Source: Candidatus Daviesbacteria bacterium RIFCSPHIGHO2_12_FULL_37_16 (GTDB lineage Bacteria; Patescibacteriota; Microgenomatia; Daviesbacterales; UBA10151). Taken from it: a DNA stretch of 58,431 nt. The stretch lies in NCBI GenBank assembly GCA_001776785.1, contig MFDF01000023.1, positions 1-58,431 on the forward strand, in the 5' to 3' direction. The position numbers and the translations under genes were made by a program. Numbering within the stretch: the stretch's first letter is position 1; every line of letters begins with the position of its first letter. The notes under the pieces are model-generated. The model did not search any database, was not told the origin of the DNA, and saw only the letters and a program-made list of their open reading frames with translations. Below, piece after piece: positions 8,478-16,443 of the stretch.

Positions 8478-8972
8478 ATGAATATTTTACTTAGGCCTTT
8501 AATTAATGAAAAATCTATGAATTTAGTAACCCAAAGCCAATTTAGCTTTGAAGTTGATGGTTCTGCATCTAAGAAAGTTATAGAAAAGATTGTTGAAGAT
8601 AAATTTAAGGTGGATGTGGTTTCTGTAAAAATTATTAATTTAAAACCTAAACAAAAGTTGCAGAGAAGCAGGAGAGGAAAATTTTTAAAGGGTGGAATGA
8701 AAAAAGCAATTGTAAAACTTAAAAAAGGACAAAATATTCCTTTATTTGAAACTGTAAAAGAACAGGATGCCATGCCTGCCGGCAGGCAGGTAGAGGTGAA
8801 GACTGCTGAAGGTGAAGTATTAACAACTATAAAAGAAAAGAAAAGTTTACTTAAGGGAACAAAGGTAAGGGTGGAGAAAGCTTCAGATAAAGAAAAAATA
8901 ATACAGGAAACTGAAAATAGAGCACCAACTAAAACATCTCAAAAACCTGTAAAAAAGAAAGGGGTTAGGTAA
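8478..8972 (+). CDS. rplW: 50S ribosomal protein L23 with a ~68-aa C-terminal extension
   Basis: 164 aa. The canonical L23 core ends near KKAIVKLKKGQNIPLFE; the rest is a K/E-rich tail. Confidence 0.9.
   Translation: MNILLRPLINEKSMNLVTQSQFSFEVDGSASKKVIEKIVEDKFKVDVVSVKIINLKPKQKLQRSRRGKFLKGGMKKAIVKLKKGQNIPLFETVKEQDAMPAGRQVEVKTAEGEVLTTIKEKKSLLKGTKVRVEKASDKEKIIQETENRAPTKTSQKPVKKKGVR
8773..8788. repeat. Perfect 16-nt palindrome TGCCTGCCGGCAGGCA inside the rplW tail (encodes MPAGRQ)
   Basis: Read directly from the sequence. It lies at the point where L23 homology ends. Confidence 0.6.
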
Positions 8973-8995
8973 ATAAGCTGAGCGGAAACATGAAG

Positions 8996-9028
8996 GAGAT
9001 CCTTCGTCGCTTCGCTCCTCAGGATGAC
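8996..9028 (-). repeat. GTCATCCTGAGG...GAAGGATCTC family repeat copy (rplW-rplB spacer)
   Basis: Reverse complement is GTCATCCTGAGGAGCGAAGCGACGAAGGATCTC. A related copy lies at 44099-44129. Confidence 0.5.
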
Positions 9029-9081
9029 ACTCGCTGTTTAAAATTTTACAGCTCGTGTCAAATTGGCTTAAGGATAAAAAT

Positions 9082-9906
9082 ATGACTTTAGTTTTATATA
9101 AGGAGAATACTAGGACAAGAAGATTTGCATCAAAACTAGTTAAACCTGGGAAAAATTTTGGCGCTCCAAAAAATTTAAAAGTACTTTTAAAGAAAAAAAG
9201 TGGAAGAGGAGCAGGAGGAAGGGTAAGTGTCAGACACCAGGGTGGAAGACACAAAAGATATTACAGGTTAATAGATTTCAGAAGGGATAAGTTTAATGTT
9301 GAGGGTGAAGTTGCGGCTTTTGAATATGACCCAAACAGAAATGTAAATATAGCCTTAATAAATTATGAAGATGGGGATAAAAGATATATTTTGGCTCCTG
9401 CAGGACTTAAGGTTGGAGATAAAGTTTTATCAGGAGACAAAGTTGAAGTAAAGGTTGGGAATGCACTTCCTCTAAAAAATGTAGTTATTGGAACTATTGT
9501 CCATAATGTTGAATTAACACCAGGAAGAGGCGGACAATTTGGTAGAAGTGCAGGTGCCGGGCTTGTTGTTCAGTCTAAAGAAGCAGGTTATGCTCACTTG
9601 AAAATGCCATCCGGAGAGATTAGAATGGTGTCTTTAGAGGCTAGAGCAACTATAGGTCAGCTTGGGAATGAAGATGCTAAGAATATAGTTTTGGGCAAAG
9701 CTGGCAGAAAAAGACATATGGGTATAAGACCTAGTGTGAGGGGTGTAGCAATGGATCCTGGTTCACATCCTCATGGTGGTGGAGAAGGAAGAAGTGGGGT
9801 TGGCAGGAAGAAACCTATGACTAAATATGGTAGACCAGCTGTGGGGAAGACAAGAAAGAAAAATAAGTGGACTTCTAAATATATTTTGAAAAGGAGAGGA
9901 AAGTAG
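9082..9906 (+). CDS. rplB: 50S ribosomal protein L2
   Basis: Start at MTLVLYKE with AAGGA SD. VRHQGGRHKRYYRLIDF and GSHPHGGGEGR motifs. Confidence 0.95.
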   Translation: MTLVLYKENTRTRRFASKLVKPGKNFGAPKNLKVLLKKKSGRGAGGRVSVRHQGGRHKRYYRLIDFRRDKFNVEGEVAAFEYDPNRNVNIALINYEDGDKRYILAPAGLKVGDKVLSGDKVEVKVGNALPLKNVVIGTIVHNVELTPGRGGQFGRSAGAGLVVQSKEAGYAHLKMPSGEIRMVSLEARATIGQLGNEDAKNIVLGKAGRKRHMGIRPSVRGVAMDPGSHPHGGGEGRSGVGRKKPMTKYGRPAVGKTRKKNKWTSKYILKRRGK

Positions 9907-9917
9907 AATTTAAAATT

Positions 9918-10298
9918 ATGAATGCAGAATTAAGAATTGGAATTTCACAAATAAGATATGTGATAGATCCTGTGAGTCTGGTTTGTGCAGAAAATAGCCT
10001 TGGAGGAATGTCCATTTATGGTTTTTCCCAGGATAAAAGTAATCAATCTGTCTACGCATTTTACAGATCTGTTTCAAGAGCAGAAATTAATGGTCTTAGT
10101 GATGTTGATGTCGCCTGTCTGGAGGAGATTGACGATATGGTATTTGGGGTAGCAATTGATAAACAAAAAACCTTGTACTCAAATAAACCATTTTATGTTA
10201 ATGATGAATATGGTTTGTGGCAAAAAGATGAGTGGTTAACAGCAAACCCATCCTTTAGAAGAGCCCTAGGAATACAGAGAGATGGAGGGAGAAAATAA
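9918..10298 (+). CDS. Hypothetical protein (126 aa) inserted between rplB and rpsS
   Basis: The ORF fills the gap exactly, 11 nt after the rplB stop and 3 nt before the rpsS ATG. No family recognised. Confidence 0.55.
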   Translation: MNAELRIGISQIRYVIDPVSLVCAENSLGGMSIYGFSQDKSNQSVYAFYRSVSRAEINGLSDVDVACLEEIDDMVFGVAIDKQKTLYSNKPFYVNDEYGLWQKDEWLTANPSFRRALGIQRDGGRK

Positions 10299-10301
10299 CA
10301 A

Positions 10302-10586
10302 ATGTCTAGAAGTTCATTTAAGGGTCCTTATGTGGATGCGAAGTTACTTGAGAAAGTAATGAAGCAAAAAGCTGGTGGTGCAAAAACTGCTATAAAAACC
10401 TGGGCCAGAAGAAGTGAGATTCCACCTGAATTTGTGGGACACACATTTTTAGTGCACCAGGGTAAAAACTTTATAACTGTGTATGTCTCTGAGGCCATGG
10501 TAGGGCACAAACTGGGAGAGTTTGCACCAACCAGGACATTCAGGGGACATGGAAAGGTGACTGAAAAGTCTAGCGCAAAGACATAA
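10302..10586 (+). CDS. rpsS: 30S ribosomal protein S19
   Basis: 94 aa. [11 protein letters not shown]...[10 protein letters not shown]...[16 protein letters not shown]. Confidence 0.97.
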   Translation: MSRSSFKGPYVDAKLLEKVMKQKAGGAKTAIKTWARRSEIPPEFVGHTFLVHQGKNFITVYVSEAMVGHKLGEFAPTRTFRGHGKVTEKSSAKT

Positions 10587-10590
10587 GGAA

Positions 10591-10668
10591 GGTATACGGT
10601 GACGAAACCGGTATCGTGAGGAGTTTGACGTTAAACGTCACCATTAAACGATACGGGCATCGAAACCG
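10591..10668 (+). other. Structured ~98-nt rpsS-rplV spacer with mutually exclusive or pseudoknot-type pairings
   Basis: GGTGACG (10598-10604) pairs with CGTCACC (10636-10642). GTATCGT (10611-10617) pairs with ACGATAC (10648-10654). A local palindrome TGACGTT/AACGTCA (10626-10640) competes with the first pairing. Confidence 0.35.
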
Positions 10669-10684
10669 AAAACTATAAACGAAC

Positions 10685-11059
10685 ATGGAATATACAACTA
10701 TACAAAAGAATATTTCTGCTTCTCCCAGGAAACTGAGGCTGGTGGCAGATATGGTTAGAAAAATGAGCCCTTATCAGGCTTTGGATATTTTGCAGTTTAC
10801 AAACAAGTCTGCTGCAGGAGATTTAGCAAAAGCTATTAAAACAGCTGTTGGAAATGCAAAGGGTACTGAAAATCTTTTCTTTAAATCTGTTGAGATAAAT
10901 GAGGGGATGAAGATGAAAAGATATAGGGTGGGAACAGCAGGCAGAGGAAGAGGCAGGCCATATAAAAGAAGATTTGCACATATAAAAGTTGTTTTGACAG
11001 ATGAAATCCCTCAGGGAAAAGTATCAAAAGTTGAAGAAAAGAAAGAGGAGGTAAAGTAA
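10685..11059 (+). CDS. rplV: 50S ribosomal protein L22 (C-terminal KVSKVEEKKEEVK tail)
   Basis: 124 aa. SPRKLRLVADMVRKM..A...L and RGRGRPYKRRFAHIKVVL motifs. Confidence 0.95.
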   Translation: MEYTTIQKNISASPRKLRLVADMVRKMSPYQALDILQFTNKSAAGDLAKAIKTAVGNAKGTENLFFKSVEINEGMKMKRYRVGTAGRGRGRPYKRRFAHIKVVLTDEIPQGKVSKVEEKKEEVK

Positions 11060-11701
11060 ATGGGACAAAAAATACATCCTGTTGGTTTTAGGTTAGGAGT
11101 TGTTAGCCCCTGGAATTCAAGATGGTTTGCATCATCCAGAAAATATCACCAGTTTTTAGGTGAAGATATAAAAATAAGGGAAGTTTTGATGAAAAAACTA
11201 AGACCTGCCGGAATTTCAAATATCGAAATAGAAAGAGCTATTAATAAATTAAAAATTATTATTTTTGTTGCAAGACCCGGAGTTTTGATTGGCAGAGGCG
11301 GTGCAGGGTTAACTGAACTTAAAAAGTTTATAATGAAAACTTTAAAGATAAAAGAAGAGGGAAGTTTAGAAATTGTACCAATGGATGTTAAAAATCCTGA
11401 TATGAGTGCATATCTGGTTGCCCAAAATATTGCAGAACAATTAGCCAGAAGGCTTCCTGCTGCAAGGGTTATGAACCAGTCTTTAGATAGAGTCATGAAT
11501 GCAGGAGCAAAAGGGGTAAAGGTAGTAGTATCCGGAAGAATTGGCGGAGCAGAAATTGCCAGGAGAGAATCTAAATTTGCAGGATCAATTCCACTCCATA
11601 CTTTAAGGGCAGATATAGATTTTGCAGTATACCCTGCATTAACCAAATCTGGTTATGTAGGAGTAAAAGTTTGGATAAACCGGGGGGAGGCAAAGATTTA
11701 A
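11060..11701 (+). CDS. rpsC: 30S ribosomal protein S3
   Basis: 213 aa. MGQKIHPVGFRLG start and KH domain signature. Confidence 0.97.
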   Translation: MGQKIHPVGFRLGVVSPWNSRWFASSRKYHQFLGEDIKIREVLMKKLRPAGISNIEIERAINKLKIIIFVARPGVLIGRGGAGLTELKKFIMKTLKIKEEGSLEIVPMDVKNPDMSAYLVAQNIAEQLARRLPAARVMNQSLDRVMNAGAKGVKVVVSGRIGGAEIARRESKFAGSIPLHTLRADIDFAVYPALTKSGYVGVKVWINRGEAKI

Positions 11702-11704
11702 ATT

Positions 11705-12124
11705 ATGGCACTTTTAGTACCATCAAGGGTCAAGTTCCGAAAAGCTTTTAGGGGTAAAAGAGGCGGAGTTGCAACAAGAGGTAATGAAATATCTTTTGGA
11801 GCTTTTGCATTAAAAAGTGAAGATTCAGCCTGGATTAGTGCCAGACAAATTGAAGCAGCAAGAAGGGCTATGACCAGATTTACCCAAAGGGGTGGAAGGA
11901 TCTGGATCAGGATTTTTCCTGACAAACCAATTACCAAACATCCTGCTGAGGCAAGAATGGGTTCCGGAAAAGGTGATGTTGTAGGGTATGTGGCAGTAGT
12001 AAAACCCGGGACTATTTTATTTGAGATGGGTGCAGTCACAGAGGAGATTGCAAGAGAAGCTATGAGGCTTGCAGCCCACAAATTGCCAATTAAAACAAGA
12101 TTTGCAGTGAAAGGAATAAGTTGA
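11705..12124 (+). CDS. rplP: 50S ribosomal protein L16
   Basis: 139 aa. [15 protein letters not shown] and RMGSGKG motifs. Confidence 0.97.
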   Translation: MALLVPSRVKFRKAFRGKRGGVATRGNEISFGAFALKSEDSAWISARQIEAARRAMTRFTQRGGRIWIRIFPDKPITKHPAEARMGSGKGDVVGYVAVVKPGTILFEMGAVTEEIAREAMRLAAHKLPIKTRFAVKGIS

Positions 12125-12126
12125 AG

Positions 12127-12393
12127 ATGAAACGTAACCAACTTAATGAAACAAAACAGTTAGATAAAACAGCCCTTTTGGAGCTTGTTAAAAAAACAAG
12201 AAATGAGATTGCAGATTTAGTACTGGATAAAAATATGAGCAAACTTAAAGATTTAAAGTCTATTTCTAAAAAGAGAAAAGATTTAGCCCAGATGTTAACC
12301 GTATTGAGGCAGAAAGAGTTGCTGGAAGTACTGGAACAGAAAGTATCAAAAGATGAAAAAGTATCAAAAGTTGAGGAAGGGGTAGCAGCATGA
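12127..12393 (+). CDS. rpmC: 50S ribosomal protein L29 (C-terminal KVSK repeat tail)
   Basis: ATG at 12127 (MKRNQLNE...). An alternative TTG at 12121 overlaps the rplP stop. Position and coiled-coil pattern fit L29. Confidence 0.88.
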   Translation: MKRNQLNETKQLDKTALLELVKKTRNEIADLVLDKNMSKLKDLKSISKKRKDLAQMLTVLRQKELLEVLEQKVSKDEKVSKVEEGVAA

Positions 12394-12800
12394 TTGGTAG
12401 AGTAGTTTCAGTAAAAATGACCCATTCGGCCTCTGTTTTAATAGAGGGTAAAAAAACCCACCATTTATATAAAAAGAGTTTTGTCTGGAGCAAAAAATAT
12501 TTAGCAGATGATCCAATTGGTGTAAAACCTGGAGATATTGTTGAGGTTATAAAAACAAAACCTATTTCTAAAAGAAAACATTGGTTGATTACAAACGTTG
12601 TGGGATCTGATTTTGTGGCAATTGCGCAGGAACATTTGAAAGAAGAAGCTGAGGAAGCAATTGAAGAGGTAATGCCAGTGGAGGAAGAAGAGTCATCAGA
12701 AGTCAGTCTTCAGTCGTCAGAAAAGACAGAGAAGATTGAAGATAAAGAAGAAGTTAAAGAAAAAAAGCCAAGAAAGAGAAAGGAGAAGTCTGAAAGCTGA
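12390..12800 (+). CDS. rpsQ: 30S ribosomal protein S17 with a ~50-aa acidic C-terminal extension
   Basis: 136 aa. The core (GRVVSVKM...KKYLADD...GDIVEVIKTKPISKRKHW) is followed by an E/S/K-rich tail. Confidence 0.93.
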   Translation: MIGRVVSVKMTHSASVLIEGKKTHHLYKKSFVWSKKYLADDPIGVKPGDIVEVIKTKPISKRKHWLITNVVGSDFVAIAQEHLKEEAEEAIEEVMPVEEEESSEVSLQSSEKTEKIEDKEEVKEKKPRKRKEKSES

Positions 12801-12824
12801 TAGCTGAGGACTGAAAGCTAATTT

Positions 12825-13193
12825 ATGGTTCAACACAGGTCGATATTAAAAGTTGCAGATAATAGCGGGGCTAAAAAGCTTCAGGTTATACAGCCTTTGG
12901 GCGGTTCCGGCAAAAGAAAAGCCAAGCTGGCAGAAATTATGGTTGGTGTTGTTAAGGGTGCAGACCCTAATGGGCAGGTTAAAGACCATGAGATTGTCAG
13001 GGTTTTATTAGTAAGACAAAAAAAGGAATACAGAAGGGCTGATGGGTCTTATATAAAGTTTGATGATAATGCAGGAGTGGTGATTGATAAGGATGGAAAT
13101 TTAAGGGCAACCAGGATTTTTGGACCAATTGCCAGGGAAGTTAGAGACGCAGGTTATACAAAAATTGCATCATTGGCGAAGGAGGTTTGGTAA
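12825..13193 (+). CDS. rplN: 50S ribosomal protein L14
   Basis: 122 aa. KVADNSGAKK...FGPIAREVR pattern. Confidence 0.97.
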   Translation: MVQHRSILKVADNSGAKKLQVIQPLGGSGKRKAKLAEIMVGVVKGADPNGQVKDHEIVRVLLVRQKKEYRRADGSYIKFDDNAGVVIDKDGNLRATRIFGPIAREVRDAGYTKIASLAKEVW

Positions 13194-13501
13194 TGCAAAA
13201 ATTGAAAAAGGGGGACAATGTGATGGTATTGGTTGGTAAAGACCGTGGAAGGTCTGGAGCAATTGAGAGGATTGATACAAAAAAGGGCAAAGCTTTAGTT
13301 TTGGGAGTAAATATTTTTAAAAGACATGTTAGAAAAACTGGACAGATGGAGGGTGGAATAATTGAGATTGCAAAGCCTGTTAATTTGTCTAATTTAGCTT
13401 TGGTTTGTCCAAACTGTAAGCGACCTACTAGGGTAGGTTTCCAGATTGAAGCAGGTAAAAAGATGAGAATATGTAAGAAATGTAGAAAGGAGATTAAATA
13501 G
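13193..13501 (+). CDS. rplX: 50S ribosomal protein L24
   Basis: ATG at 13193 overlaps the rplN stop, with a GAAGGAGG SD upstream. MQKLKKGDNVMVLVGKDRG. C-terminal CPNC...CKKC zinc-ribbon-like motif. Confidence 0.93.
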   Translation: MQKLKKGDNVMVLVGKDRGRSGAIERIDTKKGKALVLGVNIFKRHVRKTGQMEGGIIEIAKPVNLSNLALVCPNCKRPTRVGFQIEAGKKMRICKKCRKEIK

Positions 13502-13503
13502 GT

Positions 13504-13570
13504 CGCTTGCGAGATTTTCGCATAATATTGAAATCGATGTTTCAATATTGGCTACAATCTCTTAAAAAGG
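13504..13570 (+). repeat. Hairpin element B, copy 1 (rplX-rplE spacer)
   Basis: Outer stem GAGATT (13511-16) / AATCTC (13556-61). Inner stem TATTGAAA (13526-33) / TTTCAATA (13540-47). Confidence 0.6.
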
Positions 13571-13584
13571 TAACACAAAAAATT

Positions 13585-14139
13585 ATGAATAATTTAAAGA
13601 AAAAATATTTGGAAGAGGTTAGTGAAAAACTAAAAGAAGAATTTGCGGTTAAAAACCATATGGCTATACCTAGAGTTAGAAAAGTTGTTATTAATATTGG
13701 TTTGGCTGATGCAAAAGATAATGCAGGAATTTTAGAAAAGATGAGCGGGAATTTAGGTGCTTTGGCTGGACAAAAACCAGTTGTGACAAAAGCTAAGCAA
13801 TCTATTGCAGCTTTTAAGTTAACAGCAGGTCAGTCAATAGGGCTTATGGTTACTTTAAGAGGAGAGAAGATGTACAGCTTTTTAGAAAAATTATTTAATA
13901 TAGTTTTGCCAAAAGTGAGGGATTTTAGGGGAGTGTCTGATAAAAGTTTTGACAAGAGCGGGAATTATAATTTGGGTTTAAGAGAACAGATTATTTTTCC
14001 AGAAATTGATTACAAAAACATAGATAAACCAAGAGGTTTGCAGATAACAATTAATACAACTGCTAAAAATGAAGAAGAGGGAAAAAGGCTTTTAGAGCTT
14101 ATGGGGATGCCTTTCGTGAAAGGAGCAATAAATGGCTAA
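13585..14139 (+). CDS. rplE: 50S ribosomal protein L5
   Basis: Start at [12 protein letters not shown] (canonical L5 N-terminus). The TTG-initiated extension from 13507 only reads through hairpin element B1. Confidence 0.93.
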   Translation: MNNLKKKYLEEVSEKLKEEFAVKNHMAIPRVRKVVINIGLADAKDNAGILEKMSGNLGALAGQKPVVTKAKQSIAAFKLTAGQSIGLMVTLRGEKMYSFLEKLFNIVLPKVRDFRGVSDKSFDKSGNYNLGLREQIIFPEIDYKNIDKPRGLQITINTTAKNEEEGKRLLELMGMPFVKGAING

Positions 14140-14311
14140 AGTAAGTAACATTGTGAAGAAAAAGTTTAAATTTGAGGTTCAGAAAACAAACAGGTGTATG
14201 AGGTGTGGCAGACCAAGAGGATATATGAGAAAATTTGGAATTTGCAGGATCTGTTTTAGGGAATTTGTTTATAAGGGATATTTACCAGGAGTTAAAAAAT
14301 CATCATGGTAA
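14132..14311 (+). CDS. rpsN: 30S ribosomal protein S14, short zinc-binding type (59 aa); absent from the ORF track
   Basis: [59 protein letters not shown]. CxxC...CxxC motif. The ATG overlaps the rplE stop. Confidence 0.9.
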   Translation: MAKVSNIVKKKFKFEVQKTNRCMRCGRPRGYMRKFGICRICFREFVYKGYLPGVKKSSW

Positions 14312-14315
14312 ATAT

Positions 14316-14378
14316 CCCTTGCGAGAACTTCACAACTATTGAAATCGTTGTTTCAATAGAGTTACGTTCTCTAAAGGG
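14316..14378 (+). repeat. Hairpin element B, copy 2 (directly after the rpsN stop)
   Basis: CCCTT (14316-20) / AAGGG (14374-78). GAGAAC (14323-28) / GTTCTC (14366-71). TATTGAAA (14337-44) / TTTCAATA (14351-58). Confidence 0.6.
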
Positions 14379-14412
14379 CTACCTACCTGGTGTTAAAAAA
14401 TCATCATGGTAG
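14374..14412 (+). repeat. Second, synonymously recoded copy of the last 12 codons plus stop of rpsN
   Basis: AAGGGCTACCTACCTGGTGTTAAAAAATCATCATGGTAG versus 14273-14311 AAGGGATATTTACCAGGAGTTAAAAAATCATCATGGTAA. Both encode [12 protein letters not shown]. Confidence 0.6.
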
Positions 14413-14554
14413 TTGGAAGGAGAAATAAAATATAAAAAATAAAAGATAAAAATTATTGTAATTTCTCGCTTTGCTCGAAATATATATTTTTCAAAACAAA
14501 GTTTAGAAAATTCCTTAATTTTTCATTTTTAATTTTAAATTTTTAATTATTTTT

Positions 14555-14950
14555 ATGGATACAGTTGCAGATGCATTAATTAGAATAAAAAATAGTTATA
14601 TGGCTTACAAGAGCAGTGCTCTTTTGCCATACTCTAAACTTGTGAAATCTATCTGTGAAGTTTTGAAAAATGAGGGGTTTATAGAAAGTTTTGAAGAAGC
14701 TTCATTAAAAGAGGGAAGCAAAGTTAAAGTGTTGAGAGTAGCTTTGAAGTACCAGGATAGAAAACCAGTAATAAATGGGATTAAAAGAATTTCCAAGCCA
14801 GGCCTTAGAGTCTATAAAGGAAAAACAAATCTACCCTTTGTTTTGAATGGTTTGGGAATTGCAATAATTTCTACTCCAAGAGGTGTTATGACTGATAAAA
14901 GTGCTAGAAAAGATGGAGTGGGCGGGGAGGTACTAGCTTATGTCTGGTAG
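14555..14950 (+). CDS. rpsH: 30S ribosomal protein S8
   Basis: 131 aa. DTVADALIRIKN start and GGEVLAYVW end. Confidence 0.97.
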   Translation: MDTVADALIRIKNSYMAYKSSALLPYSKLVKSICEVLKNEGFIESFEEASLKEGSKVKVLRVALKYQDRKPVINGIKRISKPGLRVYKGKTNLPFVLNGLGIAIISTPRGVMTDKSARKDGVGGEVLAYVW

Positions 14951-15026
14951 AAAGGAGAAAGTTAATTTTTAATTTAAAATTTGAAATTTGAATTCAAATT
15001 AAAAATTGAAAATTTAGAATTTTAAA

Positions 15027-15581
15027 ATGAGTAGAGTTGGCAACAATCCAATTAAAATACCTAATGGTGTAGAAATTAATTTAGAGAAGGGCCATATTAA
15101 GATTTCTGGACCCAAGGGAAATTTAGAAATGGATGTACATCCACTTATAAAAGTTGAGGTTTCAGAAAATATGCTTTTGGTAAAAAGATCTAAGGATGAT
15201 AAAAATTCTAAATCTTTACATGGGCTGACAAGGGCACTTTTAAACAATATGGTTTTGGGTGTAAGTGAAGGATTTAATAAAGGGCTTGAGCTGGTGGGGG
15301 TAGGTTACAGAGCTGCAGGTGGTGGAAATACCCTCACTTTAAGTGTAGGTTATTCTCATCCTGTGCAAATTGATGCACCTGAGGGAGTGACATTTACTGT
15401 AGCTGATAATACAAAGCTTACAGTTTCTGGCATTGATAAACATTTAGTTGGACAGGTAGCTGCAAATATTAGAAAAATCAGACCACCTGAAGTTTATAAA
15501 GGAAAAGGAATTAGATACAGTGGTGAATATGTCAGAAGAAAAGCTGGTAAAGCAGGAAAGGCAGTAACAGGAGCAAAGTGA
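15027..15581 (+). CDS. rplF: 50S ribosomal protein L6
   Basis: 184 aa. MSRVGNNPIKIP...GVGYRA...YKGKGIRY. Confidence 0.97.
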   Translation: MSRVGNNPIKIPNGVEINLEKGHIKISGPKGNLEMDVHPLIKVEVSENMLLVKRSKDDKNSKSLHGLTRALLNNMVLGVSEGFNKGLELVGVGYRAAGGGNTLTLSVGYSHPVQIDAPEGVTFTVADNTKLTVSGIDKHLVGQVAANIRKIRPPEVYKGKGIRYSGEYVRRKAGKAGKAVTGAK

Positions 15582-15585
15582 TAAT

Positions 15586-15921
15586 ATGCAAAAGCCAAAA
15601 AGACTTATTTTACATAAAAGAGTTAGAAAAAATATTTCTGGTTCTGAAAAGAAACCAAGAGTTTGTGTGTTTAAATCAGGCCAGCATATTTATGCACAGG
15701 TGATTGATGATAGCAGTCATAAGACTTTAGCATCTGAGTCTGATTTAAAGATTAAAAATGGCACAAAATCTGAAAGGGCTTCTGTGGTTGGGGAGAATCT
15801 AGCTAAGAAGATAATTAGTTTAAAATTAAAGGAGTTGGTCTTTGATAGAGGAGGATTTAAGTATCATGGCAGGGTTTTAGCATTAGCAGAAGGGTTAAGA
15901 AAGGGAGGAGTAAAAATTTAA
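15586..15921 (+). CDS. rplR: 50S ribosomal protein L18
   Basis: 111 aa. PRVCVFKS.QHIYAQVIDD...FDRGG.KYHGRV.ALAEG.R..G. Confidence 0.95.
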   Translation: MQKPKRLILHKRVRKNISGSEKKPRVCVFKSGQHIYAQVIDDSSHKTLASESDLKIKNGTKSERASVVGENLAKKIISLKLKELVFDRGGFKYHGRVLALAEGLRKGGVKI

Positions 15922-16443
15922 ATGGATAGCGAGTATTACGAGAAAGTTGTACAAGTTAATAGGGTTTCTAAAAAAACAAAAGGTGGAGATAAAAGGTCTT
16001 TGTCAGTTTTAGCAGTTGTTGGTGATAAAAAGGGTAGGGTTGGAGTTGGTCTTGGAAAAGCTGCAGATGTTCAGTCTGCTGTAAGAAAAGCTACCAGCTA
16101 TGCAAAAAAACATATGCTGAGTGTGCCATTGAAGGATGGGAGGACTATTCCCCACCAGGTTGATATAAAACTTGGTGCTGCGAAGGTAATGATTAAACCT
16201 GCACCAGAAGGAACAGGTGTTATTGCAGGTGGGGCTGTAAGGGTAGTTGTAGAAGCTGCTGGGATAAGAGATATTGTGTCTAAAACTTTAGGAACAAGTA
16301 ATCAGGCTTCCAATGTTTATGCAACACTTGAGGCTTTGAAGAGATTAAAGTCAGTGAAAAGAGAGACAAATAATGAAGTATCAGAAGAGGAAAAGGTATC
16401 AAAGGTATCAAAAGTTAAGAAAGGAACAGGAAATGCAACTTAA
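15922..16443 (+). CDS. rpsE: 30S ribosomal protein S5 (C-terminal VSK-repeat tail)
   Basis: 173 aa. [11 protein letters not shown]...GVGLGKA..V..A..KA pattern. Confidence 0.96.
   Translation: MDSEYYEKVVQVNRVSKKTKGGDKRSLSVLAVVGDKKGRVGVGLGKAADVQSAVRKATSYAKKHMLSVPLKDGRTIPHQVDIKLGAAKVMIKPAPEGTGVIAGGAVRVVVEAAGIRDIVSKTLGTSNQASNVYATLEALKRLKSVKRETNNEVSEEEKVSKVSKVKKGTGNAT

Noticed and set aside
8883-9254. 123-aa minus-strand ORF, and similarly 40360-40608 (82 aa).
   Set aside because: They are built from translated hairpin repeats (for example HPEERSDEGS from the GTCATCCTGAGG repeat, and SPQQAARY from the CTGCGG hairpins). They also overlap the rplW/rplB coding sequence or a spacer.
11146-12141. Long minus-strand ORFs (166 aa and 147 aa) antisense to rpsC and rplP. 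Similar shadow ORFs occur at 472-681, 1279-1593, 5963-6235, 8399-8773, 13141-13545, 18127-18468, 18992-19432, 20684-21070, 25977-26399 and 48227-49072.
   Set aside because: They lie entirely inside well-supported conserved genes on the other strand. Their translations are low-complexity and hydrophobic with no recognisable motifs. They are typical antisense shadow ORFs.
14413-15026. AT-rich low-complexity spacers flanking rpsH (14413-14554 and 14951-15026, including the palindrome AATTTGAATTCAAATT) as a specific element.
   Set aside because: The spacers are unusually long for the S14-S8-L6 junctions, but I could not define discrete boundaries, conserved repeats or structure beyond simple AT-rich palindromes. 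They are noted only as expanded spacers.
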